Source: Dictyostelium discoideum
Lineage: Eukaryota
DNA length: 64,000 bases
NCBI GenBank assembly: GCA_000004695.1
Contig: CM000152.2
Coordinates: 1,344,001 to 1,408,000 of the forward strand
Direction of reading: 5' to 3'
Below are positions 32,506 through 45,107 of the stretch, in pieces. Every line of letters begins with the position of its first letter. The stretch's first letter is position 1. A model generated the notes under the pieces. The model was not told the DNA's origin, did not search any database, and saw only the letters and a program-made list of their open reading frames with translations. The position numbers and the translations under genes were made by a program.

Positions 32506-34681
32506 ATTAAATTTATCATCAAATTCATTAATTGAAGTTACATCATTAGGACATTTAAATAAATTAAAAAGATTAATATTGAATAGAAATAATTTAATTG
32601 AATATTCAGTTCAAGGACTTTCATCATTAGTTTATTTAGGATTATGTAATAATAGAATCGATCGTATTACTGATATGTCAGATTGTAAGAAATTGATTAA
32701 TATCGATCTTAGTGGTAACCGATTAACATGTGGTGATGGATTTGATCATTTCTCAAAATTGAAATCATTAAAAGTTTTAGATTTGTCAAGTAATTCAATC
32801 AATTGTTCATTAATTGATTTTCAAAAAAAGATTTTAGAACCGTTAAAGAAATCTAAAACTTTAGAATATTTATCATTTGAAAATAATTTAATTGAAAAGA
32901 AATATGAAGAGTTTAGATTATTTGTAATTAATGAATTACCAAAATTAAAATACTTAAATTGGGTATTAATTTCAAAAGATGAAAGAACAAAAGCTTCAAA
33001 ATTAGATAGTGAAGGTTTCTTTTCAAAACAATTATCAATTTTAAGTGTTACTCCAGTTGTTCATAATAATAATAATCCAAATAATACTGTAACATCAGCT
33101 CAATCTTCACCATCATTAAGTAGTGTATCAACACCAATTCCAACTCCATTAAATACTAGTAGTAATAATATTGGTGGTGGTGGTAGTGGTACTACTACAA
33201 GTGTATCAGTTGGATCATCACCAACAATTAGAGGTATGCCATCATCACCAAATAGTAGATCAACAAGTTTTATTCAACGTAAACCATCGGTTGGTGCAAA
33301 TATGATGCCAAAATTAAATTCTTCCTTGAATAGATCAACTGATTTCCTTGGTAAAGAAAGAGAGAATCATCAATCAACTTCACCATCTTCTTCATCATTA
33401 TCAATATCATCATCATCACAAAATAATAATAGTAATCATCATCATCATCATCCAAAATCAATTGATGAAACACCAGAGGTATTATCACCATTTGATATTT
33501 TACAATCAAAAGTTAATGCAGAGAATTGTTTATCTTCATCACAACAAGATTTAATTGTTAATCATAATAATCTAACAACAGCTAGTCAGATTTTACAAGA
33601 AATTAAACCAACTAAAGAATTAACTAAACAAGAAACTGAAGATTATATTGATATTCTTTTGAATGAATTACAACCAAATAATACAGATTTCCCAACATTT
33701 GCTTCCGTTATTGATCAAAAGGTTTATTTGGATTTGTTATATCGTGCAATCATTGAGGATGCAATTCCAGAGGAACTAATTGAAGAATGTAATAAATCAA
33801 CTACAACTGCTGCTACTGCTGCTGCTGTCGTTGATTTTGTTACACCACAATTAACATCGTTATCATCGTCCTCTTCTTCTTCATCAACAACACCACCACA
33901 ACCACAACTACCACCACCACCACCACAACAACAACAATTAGATTTATCATTACCATTGCCACCAGTTAATATTATTAATATGCCAATGGACGATGATGAA
34001 CTAATTAGTGTACCAACTGATGAGAGTGAATTACCAGTTGTATCGACTATTGTACCATCATTAGTTAAAGAATCATCAAGAGAATCATTATTAGTTACAA
34101 CTATTGATAACTCAACATTATCAACCACTCCACCATTATCATCAACTACACCACCATCACCATCACCAAAATTACCAACTCTTGAAGAAACTATTGAAAG
34201 TGTTGTAACTGCTAAACCATCTTCAACCACCACTACTGCCACTCAAACTAATAAAGTTTCTGGTGGTTCTGCTAAAGAAATTTGGACTAAAATTGATCAA
34301 AATACTGCAACCACACCATCAACTCCATCTAAAAATTTACCAAAAAGATTACCATCTCAATCAAATCTTATTAATAATAATAATAATAATAATGTTATAA
34401 ATGTACCACCACCAACTCAATCAATTTTAAAACCAGTAGTAGGAGGAGGAAGTGGTTCAACACCATCATCACCACAAATGAAACCAATGGCTAAACCAAT
34501 TGCTAAAATTCCAGCAGTTTCCACAACAACCAATACCACCCCAACTTCCACACCAGGTTCACCAAGTAAACCAATTATGAAACCAGTCATTAAAAAAGTA
34601 CCTGCAATCTCATTAAAACAAGATCAACCACCAATTGTATCACCACCACAACCACAACCACAACCACCAATTGTACAACAA

Positions 34682-34720
<39 letters not shown>

Positions 34721-35465
34721 CCACAACAACATTTTAAATCAGAAATTGATAAAGCATTAGCAGATATTGATTCATGGGGAGTTATACCAACAGCACCACA
34801 AGCAGAAATTAAAAAACCAATAATACCACAAGAATTATTATCAAATATTCAAAAAGTTGAAAGTCCAACTGAAATGGTTGAAAATGCAACCTCAAAATTG
34901 GATGAAATGATTATGGAATATCATAATACTTCACCAACTTCTTCACCAACTAATACAAGAAAGAGTATTACACCTGTTCAACAACAACAACCAATTCAAC
35001 AACCAATTCAACAACCAATTCAACAACCAATTCAACAACCAATTCAACAACCAATTCAACAACAACAACAACCACCAATTCAACAAATTGATCAAGTTCA
35101 AAGAATGATTAATAATGAAACTAATAGAATTGGATCAATGATGATATTAGGACAAAACATATCATTACCAAATTGGATAGTACCACATGATCAAATTCAA
35201 GTTGGTAGTAGATTAGGATTAGGTAGTTTTGGTGATTGTTACACTGGTAATGCATTCTCAATACCAACGATTTTAAAGAAATTAAGAACTCAAAGATTTA
35301 CTGATCAATTTTTAGGTCAATTTAAAAATGAAGTTATGCAAATCAGAGAATTACAACATGAAAATCTTGTACCAGTTTCAGGTTGTTGTTTAGATAATAA
35401 TATCTATATCGTTCATCCATATTATGACGCAAGTAATTTACAAACATTATTATTTGAACAATCAC

Positions 35466-35542
<77 letters not shown>

Positions 35543-38125
35543 CATACAATCATCAGTAATGAATTCATTCATCGTGTTTCATTGGGTATTTCAAAAGCAA
35601 TGACTTATTTACATTCACATGATGTTGTACATCGTGCATTAAAATTGAATAATATTCTAATTGATCGTGTTAGTGGTAATGTGTTGGTACGTGATTATGG
35701 TTTCAATTTCGTAAAGGATGGTATTTTCCGTACTGGTCAACAAAGTTCACCTTATTTAGCACCAGAGTTATTCAATAGTAATTGTAACCAATATGACACA
35801 AATTCTGATCAATTTGGATTCGCAATGATTTTATTACAATTATTCACACGTTCACCATTGTTCCAAGATATTCATGTATCTCGTATAACTGATACAATCT
35901 TAAATGGTGTTCGTCCAGAGATACCCGATAATGTTCCATCAGTATTTAGTCGTTTAATTAAAGCATGTTGGAGTGCTGATTCATCAGCTAGACCATCATT
36001 CTTAACAATTTCAAAGATTTTATCACAACCATTTCAACGTATTTTCGCATTATCACCATCAACTACAATTACAAAACCAATTGTTTCAACTGGTAATACT
36101 ACAATTGATAGCAGTAGCAGTAGCAGTGGTAGTGGTAGTAGTAGTGTAGTTGGTTCAGTTAATAGTACAACTATACCACCAGTAAATAATAGTAATACTG
36201 GTAGTACTGGTAGTACAAGTGCAACAGTTAAACATCAATTTAGTGAAACTGGTGAATTAAATAGAAAGATGATTTTAGTATTAGAACGTATTGTTTCAAT
36301 GTTATCAACAGCAGCAGCATCAGCATCAACATCAACAATATCAACTGATTCAATAGATTCAATTAAACGTGCACTTAAAGCATTAGAGAATTTAAGTTCA
36401 CCAGAGAATCATTCATCAATGGTTGGTATTGGATTAATGAGATCATTATGTTTTATTGGTACTATTCATTTAGCAGAAATTGATGAACAATTATTACGTG
36501 TAATTTATTCTCTATCAACTAATGAACAACTATCAAATGAATTCATATTAGCAGGTGGTTTCACACCATTATCACAATGGGTATCATCTTCATCATCATC
36601 ATCAACAAGTGCAAACATTTCATTATTAGCAATTAAATTATTAACAGTATTAGCTGATGAACAACATTTACATCATGTAAGATTAACTGGTATTTTATCA
36701 AGTTTAACTCAACAATTTGTAAATTATACAAGTAATAATCAAAATGGTGGTGGTGGTAGTGGTGGAGGTGTAATTAATGAAACTATTATTTTACAATCAG
36801 TTGGTGCAATGTCACGTATTCTATTGAATCAAGATAATCAAAATCAATTCATTGAAGAGGGTGGTGTATCATCATTATTGAAAATGTTATTAAATTCTGG
36901 TAATAGTTTATCAATGAGAGCATTGTTAGCATTGTGTTGTTTAATCTCAAATCAAAATTGTAAATCACAATTACACAATGCTGGTATCATACCAAAGCTT
37001 ATGGAATTATTAAGTTCACCTCAAAAACTTTTAAGATTACATTCATTAAAAGTAATTGAAACAATGTCAAAAGATATTGAATTTAGAAAATTATTAATTC
37101 AAGATAATTGTTTATCATTATTAGTTAATTTATTATTAAATTCTTATAATGGTACTAATACTGGTATTGGTAACAATACTACTGGTAATAATAATGACAG
37201 TCAAGAATCAATTTGTTCAATTTTATCATGTATCGGTTCATTATTAAAGAATCAAATTGCATTAGAATCATTTTATCAAAGTAATGGTGTTGATGTTTTA
37301 ATTAAACTTATTGGTTATAATCAACAAATTGAAATTTTAGAATCATTATTCCCAGTGTATTGTTTATTAATTAATCATGAACAATCACGTTTGAAATTAG
37401 TACCAACTATTAATCAATTGGTTGAGATCTTGTCAAATTCAACACTAAAAGAATCAATTATAATTTCAATTTTGAAATGTTTAACATTATTCTCGAGTCA
37501 TAGCTCTTGTATTGAATTCATTGAGCAGAGTATGTCAGTTTCAATAGTTTCAACACTACTCATTCGTAATGAGAATAATTATGAAATTAAAATCCATTCA
37601 CTCAGATTCGTAAGTTCCCTCGCAAAGGTTAATAACAAATTGGCTGTCAATATCCATATGATGGGTATCCTGCAAACACTAGTCAACAATCTTTATGACA
37701 AGAATTCCATGATCAAGGATGAGGCAATATCAACCATCTCTTGGTTAGTAAGCTCTCAAGAATGTAGATCCATTTTCTTACAAAAGAATGTTTTACCAAT
37801 GTTATTCGATTTCCTTTCAACTAGAAATGTTGATATCATGGAGAGATTGATTTGGGCAATCTCTTTCTTTGCTCTAGATGATTCTGCTCAGTCCTTAATG
37901 AGAGACAATCAACAATGTATTCAATTCATCGTCAATTGTTTAGATAGACATGAAGAGGTTTTCAAAACACTATCAATTAAAACCATTTTAATCTTATCTC
38001 AAAAACAAATTAATCATCAAGCTTTAAAAAGAGTTGGTGTAGATTTCCAATTGCAAGTTTTATCTTCTTCTTCAAACAGATCAATTCAATTAGCTTCTAA
38101 AAAGATTTTATCTTTATTAAGTTAA
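32506..38125 (+). CDS. Leucine-rich-repeat protein with a central predicted pseudokinase domain and a C-terminal ARM-like helical-repeat region (LRR-pseudokinase-ARM); 5' exon unresolved
   Basis: The frame is open and LRR-like from the acceptor at 32504-32505. The repeats (LNLSSNSLIEVTSLGHLNKLKRLILNRNNLIEYSVQGLSSLVYLGLCNNRIDRITD...LINIDLSGNRL...LKVLDLSSNSI) continue through the listed M at 32579. Long S/T/P/Q-rich linkers follow, including a (PIQQ)n repeat. A kinase fold spans about 35190..36010 (GSRLGLGSFGDCY...IPTILKKL...EVMQIRELQHENLV...VVHRALKLNNILI...VRDYGFNF...SPYLAPELF...RPSF). It has HRA in place of HRD and DYG in place of DFG, so it is probably catalytically inactive. The C-terminal 600 aa are armadillo-like repeats. 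Confidence 0.75.
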
Positions 38126-38560
38126 AAAATTAAATTTATAAAAACATTAATAATAATAATAATAATAATAATAGTAAATATAAAAAAAAAATAAAAAAAA
38201 ATAAAAAAAAAAATAAAAAAAAAGTAATAATAATTTAAAAAAAAATAAAAATTAATCAATTCTAAAAATAGTTTTTTTTTTTTTTGATCTAAACAACACA
38301 AATATTTTTATAGATTTTTTTTAGTCTGAAATAAAAAATAAACATTTCTTTTTTTTTTTTTTTCGGAATTTGGTTATTAAAAAAAAAAATAATAAAAAAA
38401 AAATATTAAAAAAAATAAAAAAAGAATAAAAAAAAAAAAAACAAAAAACAATTACAATACAATGTTGTTATATTTATTTGGAAATAAAAAAAAATAAAAA
38501 AAAATAATATTATATTCCCTCCAAAAAAAAATCACTATTATTTTCGAGTGTGTGTGTGTT

Positions 38561-38606
<46 letters not shown>

Positions 38607-38828
38607 TTATACAAATTCACATGTATAATTAGATAATTTTATTCAAAAAAGGGTGGGTATTTCAATATTATATGTAAATAAATTAATATTTTCATATTTG
38701 TATTTTTTTTTTAATGTGGTATTTTAAATTTATTTATTTTTATTTATTTATTATTTATTTTAATTAGTTTTTTTTTTATTTAATTATTATTTTTTTTTTT
38801 TTACTTTTTAATTAATTTCAATTTAAAT

Positions 38829-38862
<34 letters not shown>

Positions 38863-38985
38863 TGATTTTATTATCGTACCTTTTTAATAATATCAAATAA
38901 ATAATAATAATAAAATAAAGATATAAAAAAAAATATATAATAATAATAATAAATTAATCATTATTAATTTTTTTTTAAAATAAAA

Positions 38986-40020
38986 ATGGAAACAAAAAAT
39001 TTTATTTTAGAATTAGAATATTGTGAAAAAAAAAATAGTGGATCTTCATTATTCGATTATCAACTTTCATATAATAGTATTTTTCCAAAGGAATTAACAA
39101 ATGTATTGACTCCAAATGAATTTTATAAAGTTGTTGATGGAATAAATTCAAAGAGACAAGTATTACCACACCTCTATGTAGCTCTATTATTGCAATCTAT
39201 TTCACTCTACATTGCATTACAATTAATGGTTTTATCAGATTTCGTAAATAGAGAATCTGGTATAATTTTCTTTATCTTTGTTTTATTACATTTATTTAAT
39301 GCAATCACTTTATTTTTGAAAAGTTTTTATGTAAGTATTTTTATTTATTTATTTAAACAAACGCAATTATAATAATAATAAATAAATAAAAAAAAAAAAA
39401 AAAGAATTTTACTAATATTAAAAAAAAAAAAGTATTCTCATAAACAAAAGAAATTTTTAAAAAATATAAACAATCAATTCTTATTTAGAGATGTTATATT
39501 TTCAACAAAATTAATTGGTGAAAAAGGAAGTGTTCTAAGTGTTGGTTTTTTGGGAAGAATTATTTTCTTAATTTTACCATTCTTTATACAATTGAATGTA
39601 ATCTACGATAAAAATCCATCTATAAATACCTTTATTGTTGGTTATTTAATCATTGCAATCTTTATTTTAGTTTGGTTTAGTATTTTAAAAACTTTAGTTG
39701 TAAGTAATTTTTAAAAAAATAAAATAAAATAAAATATAATAAAATATAATAAAATATAATAAAATAAAAATATATTAATCTAACTCTTTTTTTTTTTTTA
39801 AAAAAAAAAAAATAATAATAATAATTAGATGTTTTCAAAGTATAAATATTTAGTAATTGAACCAAATCAAACAATAGATTGTAATAAATTATTTTTATTG
39901 GAATCACTCGTTATCTCTTATAACTCACCAATTAATGAAAATTCATTATTTGAACACACTCAAATCACACCAGGAAATATCTTACCATTTTATCAAGTAC
40001 CTTTATTACCAAAAGTTTAA
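38986..40020 (+). CDS. Hypothetical multi-pass membrane protein; 3 exons, join(38986..39330,39433..39699,39829..40020), with the exon-2 acceptor possibly at 39451 instead
   Basis: ATG at 38986. Exon 1 ends ...LFLKSFY at a GTAAGT donor at 39331. Exon 2 (phase 0 after an AG at 39431-39432 or 39449-39450) encodes ...FLFRDVIFSTKLIGEKGSVLSVGFLGRIIFLILPFFIQLNVIYDKNPSINTFIVGYLIIAIFILVWFSILKTLV. It ends at a GTAAGT donor at 39700. Exon 3 follows a TTAG acceptor at 39827-39828 and reads MFSKYKYLVIEPNQ...LPFYQVPLLPKV. There are four hydrophobic helices. Confidence 0.55.
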
Positions 40021-40036
40021 ACATTAAAAGAGAAAG

Positions 40037-40075
<39 letters not shown>

Positions 40076-40247
40076 AATTGGAAATTTTAAAATTAAAAGA
40101 AATGTGAATAAAAATAAAAAGATTAGATATTTTTTTTAATTTTTTTTTTTTTTTATTTTTTTATTTTTTTTTATTTTGATTTTTTTTTTTTTATTTTGAT
40201 TTTTTTTTTTTTTTATTCAGTGTAAAATAAAATAATAAAAAAAAAAA

Positions 40248-40286
40248 ATGATTGATCATTCATCAACCAATAATACAACCAACAAA

Positions 40287-40350
<64 letters not shown>

Positions 40351-41606
40351 TTAGAATACATAATGAATTAAAAGATGGTAAATTATTAAATGAAAAAGGT
40401 GAATTAAATGAATGTGGAATTTCAACTAAAGTTATTAAAGAATATGATAGAAATTCAATTAAAGTTAAAAATTATAGAATTAAAGAATGGGATTATTATT
40501 TTATTACAAATTCTAGGATTGGTATTGCATTAACATTTGGTGATATTGGATATATTGGGAGTGCAGGTGTAACATTATTCAATTTTGATGAGCCATCTTA
40601 CAAGACCCAATCAGATTTAACCCTATGTCCATTTGGTAAATTTAATTTCCCAAATTATCCACATACAATCCAAAAATTAGAATATAATTCTTCAAAAATT
40701 AAATTATCATTTGAAAATATTAATAATAATGAAAATGAAAATGAAAATGAAAATGAAAATGAAAATGAAAATGAAAATGAAAATGGAATTATAAAACATT
40801 TAAAATGTAATTCAAAAAATTTTGATGGTAAAGGTAATGAATTAATTATTGATATAAAATTAACAAATTTACCAAAACATTCAATGGTAATTGCAACACC
40901 CTTTGATAATTATCCAAATTCATTCTATTATAATTGTAAAACTAATAATATGGTAGCTCAAGGTACAATTAAATTAAATGATAAAACTCATTTATTTAAT
41001 CCTGAAAATTCTTTAGCTGTATTAAGTTTGTAATTTATATTTATTTTTATTTTTATTTTATATTATATTATTTCATTATTAATTATTATTTATCTAAACA
41101 AAAATAATTAAAATAATAAAAATAAAAAAAAAGATTGGGGTAGAGGAGTTTGGCCAATGCTTGAATTAATAACATGGTATTGGGGTAGTTTATCTTGTAG
41201 ATTAGATGATAATGATAATAATAATGATAATTATTTTAATAATAAAACATTTGGATTTAATATTGGATATGGATTTGGTAATACATCAGCAGCAACTGAA
41301 AATATGATATTTTTAGATGGAATAGCTCATAAATTTGATGAAATTAAATTTGAAATACCAAAAAAGTTAGAAACCGATCAAGAAGATTATATGAGTGATT
41401 GGAAATTTACATCGAATGATAAAAGATTAGAAATGACTTTTAAACCAATTATAAATCGTTATGAAAATACAAATCTACTCTTAATTAAGACTACTACCAA
41501 TCAAGTATTTGGTAATTTCAGTGGAACTGCAATCTTAGATGATGGTACTTTAATTAATTTTAAAAATAAATTAGGTTTTGCTGAAAAAGTTTGTAATAAA
41601 TGGTAA
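40248..41606 (+). CDS. Conserved hypothetical protein (possibly a DUF2804-like fold), 417 aa; 2 exons, join(40248..41025,41134..41606)
   Basis: ATG at 40248. There is a GTTTGT donor at 41026 and a poly(A)AAG acceptor at 41132-41133. The phase-1 join ...NSLAVL|N|WGRGVWPMLELITWYWGS... continues into the ORF at 41157..41606. Non-repetitive blocks include WDYYFITNSRIGIALTFGDIGYIGSAGVTLFNFD and MIFLDGIAHKFDEIKFEIP...LLIKTTTNQVFGNFSGTAILDDGTLINFKNKLGFAEKVCNKW. A (GAAAAT)9 tract at 40731..40784 encodes (NE)n. Confidence 0.55.
40731..40784 (+). repeat. (GAAAAT)9 hexanucleotide repeat, coding (NE)n
   Basis: Direct read of the sequence. It lies within the CDS of the 40248..41606 gene. Confidence 0.9.
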
Positions 41607-41675
41607 AAAATAATAATAATAATAAAATAAAAAACAAAATAAAAAATATATATATTTATTATACATATAAAAAGA

Positions 41676-42714
41676 TTATTTATTATTAAACTTATTAAAT
41701 AAGGTTTGTTGAATTTGTTTAATATTTGGTTGAATATTTGTTGTTGTAGTAGTTGTAGTAGTTGTTGAATTATAATTTTTAAATTTATTATTATCGTCAT
41801 CATCATCATCATCATCAATATTAATTATAATTTTATTATTTAAAGATGGTTTTGGTAAATTGTTTAATAATTTTGGTGAAGTGTAAATATCAGTGATTAA
41901 GGAATAAAGTAAATTTGTATCTTTTTGATAAGTTGATCTTAGGTATTTTAAATGTTCAATGCAAGATTGCTCTTTCAGGGTATTAAAGAATGCAGTGTAT
42001 AAATTATAAACGTGACCTTTGTTGCATCGAATTTGAGGGTTATCAGTTTCAACTGATATAATAATTGAATCTATATCAATCCAATAGATATCTCTTTTCT
42101 CTGTACATTCAATTTGATACTCTATGGATTTATTTTTATTTAAATCATAGGTATATTTAAATTCATTACGTCTGAGGAATCTATTAACTGGGCATACAAA
42201 CATTTCATATTGATTCCTTGGATTTAAAACTTTATTTACTAACCCACTAGTATGTAATTCTTTATTATTTAATATTCTACTTATAATTATAGTTGATTCG
42301 ATTACACCATCTATTGAACCTCTGATATCTTTATTCATTGAAAAACAACCCAAAGTCTCTTCTGAAAATTCTCTACATGCACATTCTAATGTACTTTCAC
42401 TCATACCTTCTCTATATCCACCAAAATCACTATACCCTCTTCTTTCATATCCTATTTAAAATATTTTATTTATTTTGTAAATTATAAATTAATATTAACA
42501 AAAATATATTTATAAGAAATAAATAAAAAAAAAAAAATTAGAACAAGATAATTAAATTAATTGGTTATGTTTGAAAAAAAAAAATAAAATAAAAAAAAAA
42601 TAAAAAAAAATGGTATGTTTAAACATATTTACCTATTAAAAGATAAATTTTATCATTAAAAACTGTATATGGAAAAATACCAGCCGCTCCACAATATTTT
42701 TTAGTAACTATCAT
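41676..42714 (-). CDS. Nudix hydrolase, 285 aa; 2 exons, complement join(42633..42714,41676..42451)
   Basis: Exon 1 (MIVTKKYCGAAGIFPYTVFNDKIYLLI, then the G of a split codon) has a GTAAAT donor at 42632. An AAATAG acceptor lies at 42452-42453. Joined, ...LLIGYERRGYSDFGGYREGMSESTLECACREFSEETLGCF gives a canonical Nudix box (G x5 E x7 REf.EE.G). The C-terminal tail is poly-Asp and poly-Thr. Confidence 0.8.
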
Positions 42715-42764
42715 AAATTTTTTTTTTATCTGTTTTTTGTTTATTTTGAGAACAATATATGAAA

Positions 42765-42799
<35 letters not shown>

Positions 42800-42958
42800 A
42801 AAAAATAAAAAAAATAAAAAAAATTAAAATAAAATAGAATTAGATTGTTTCTGTTTTCCAAACAATAAAAGAAATCTAAAAATATATTCCTCCACTTTCA
42901 CTATTATTTCTTTGTAAATTAATTAATTTATGTTTCATTTATTTTTTTATTTGTTTTG

Positions 42959-43000
<42 letters not shown>

Positions 43001-43305
43001 AAATATTATATATGTATATTATATAAATAAAAATTGAAATTAAAAATCTCTTTCTCAAGAAATTCATTATTTTTGGAATATTAAAATTATTTAAAAAATA
43101 TCTGGAATATGTTGGAAATTTGATTTAATTGTTATTTCCATATTTTTTTTTATAAAAAATCCAATTCCATTGCCCTATGTTTTTTTCTTATCTGTCGCAA
43201 TATTTCCATAACAAAAAAAAAAAAAAAAAAAATGTAAAAATAATAATAAATATTTGTTTTTTTTTTAATGATTTTTAAGAGAAAACTATATATCCTTTAA
43301 TTTAT

Positions 43306-44202
43306 TTAGTTGGATTCGAGGACGTTTCTTTCAGAGACGTAGATACCATCTAAGAACTTTCTAACATCCTTGTATTTAATGGCAGATCTTAATTGGATAG
43401 TAGCACATGATTGAGAGAGGAGTTCTAATGAGTTACCAGTTAAAACAATTTCATCTGTTATTTTTTAAAAATAAGAAATTTTAGTATATATGATTTTAAA
43501 AAAACCTTCTTTTTGTGTGGGGAAAATAAAAAATACTAACCCTTAGCTTTTTCGTTACGGTAACAGGTGATACCATCTAATAATTCAATACGACGAACGA
43601 TCTTTTCACCAAAGAAATTACGGATTTCAACAACACGACCACCATCAGTGACAGCAACGTTGATTGGGAAATGTGCATAGACAAATCTCATCTTGTATTC
43701 GTAACCTTTGGTAACACCAGTGATCATATTTTCAATGATAGAGGTGATGGTTTTGATACAGGCAATTTGTTTTCTGTTACCGAACCATAAGTCAACAGTT
43801 AATTCTTTTTTACCAACTAAGTTGATATCGACTGAAGCATGATCGAATGATTTTGATAAGGTACCACGTGGACCAGTTACCTTAACTGAACGACCCTTAA
43901 CATCAACGGTGACTATATATATTGTGTGTGTGTTTGAATGATAATTGATATATATTAATATTAATTCTTTAAAAGTTGATAAAATTTGGGATAGATTCGT
44001 TTCAGTAAAAGGAATGATCACTCATCCACTGTTACAATATCATCAATCCTCAATCATCCATCCTCCATCCATTCAATCTATCATAAATTTGACATAATCT
44101 ATCCTTATATTAACCTAATCTATCCAAATTTAATAAATGAAATGTTATGTACTGACCATTTTCTGGGATTTGGACTTTACGTGAGGAGTTAATTACTTTC
44201 AT
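43306..44202 (-). CDS. rpl9: Cytosolic 60S ribosomal protein L9 (uL6), 188 aa; 3 exons, complement join(44157..44202,43541..43912,43306..43454)
   Basis: Exon 1 ([15 protein letters not shown], then a G) has a GTCAGT donor. Exon 2 follows a TATATAG acceptor and encodes (V)[123 protein letters not shown], ending at a GTTAGT donor. Exon 3 follows an AACAG acceptor and encodes [49 protein letters not shown]. The whole protein is colinear with human RPL9 ([34 protein letters not shown]...). Confidence 0.9.
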
Positions 44203-44869
44203 TATGTGTTTGTTGGTGGCTCTATCACTATCAAATGTGAATGAAAAAATTTGAAAAAAAAAAAAAAACGACCCCCAAAAATTTTTTTTTTTTTTTTTTT
44301 ATTTTTCAATTACGTTTTGAATTCAATTTTTTTTTTTTTTTTTTTTTCGCCCGATTTTTTCTAATTTAACAAAAAGTTTTGTGTGTTTTAAAAAAAATCA
44401 AATAAATAGTGATCAATATTATTATATTAAAAAAATAAAATATAATAGATATTTAAATAAAATAAAAAATTTTAATTTAAAAATAAAAAATAAAATTTAT
44501 ATTAAAGTTTTTTAATATTAAATAAAATTTTATTGTGTATTATTATTATTATTATTATTAAAAAAAAAATAAATAAATAAAAAAAAAAAAAAAAAAAAAA
44601 TAGAAATTAAATCTAAATTTAAAATTAAAAATTCCAAATGGATTATTGTTCATTGTAATAAATCAAACTCATAATATCTATCTCAGGGGTTAATAATAAT
44701 AAAAAAAAAAAAAAAAAAAAAAAAAGTAAAAACAATAGTAATCTAAATAACCTTTTTTTTTTTTTTAATTCTTATTAATTTTATTTTTTTTATTTTTATT
44801 ATTATTATAATTAATTTTTCATATTTTTCATCTTTTCTTTATTTGTTCTTCTTTTTTCAAAACCTGAAT

Positions 44870-44907
<38 letters not shown>

Positions 44908-45107
44908 ATTTTTTTCTTTTTTTTTAATTTTTGTTTTTTTAATTTTTTTTTTTTTTTATTTTTATATTTTACCACACCCGAAAACATATAATTTTATTAT
45001 ATTTTTTGTTTTTTTTTTTTCTTCAAATAAATTACATTAACAAAAATAAAATAAAATAAAAAAAAAAAAAAAAAAAAAAAAAATATATATATAAAATAAT
45101 TAGTATA

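Noticed and set aside
33724-34242. 172-aa minus-strand ORF inside the LRR-pseudokinase gene
   Set aside because: It is antisense to the S/T/P-rich linker. Its low-complexity G/V/D-rich product has no start context, and the sense strand carries a long continuous gene.
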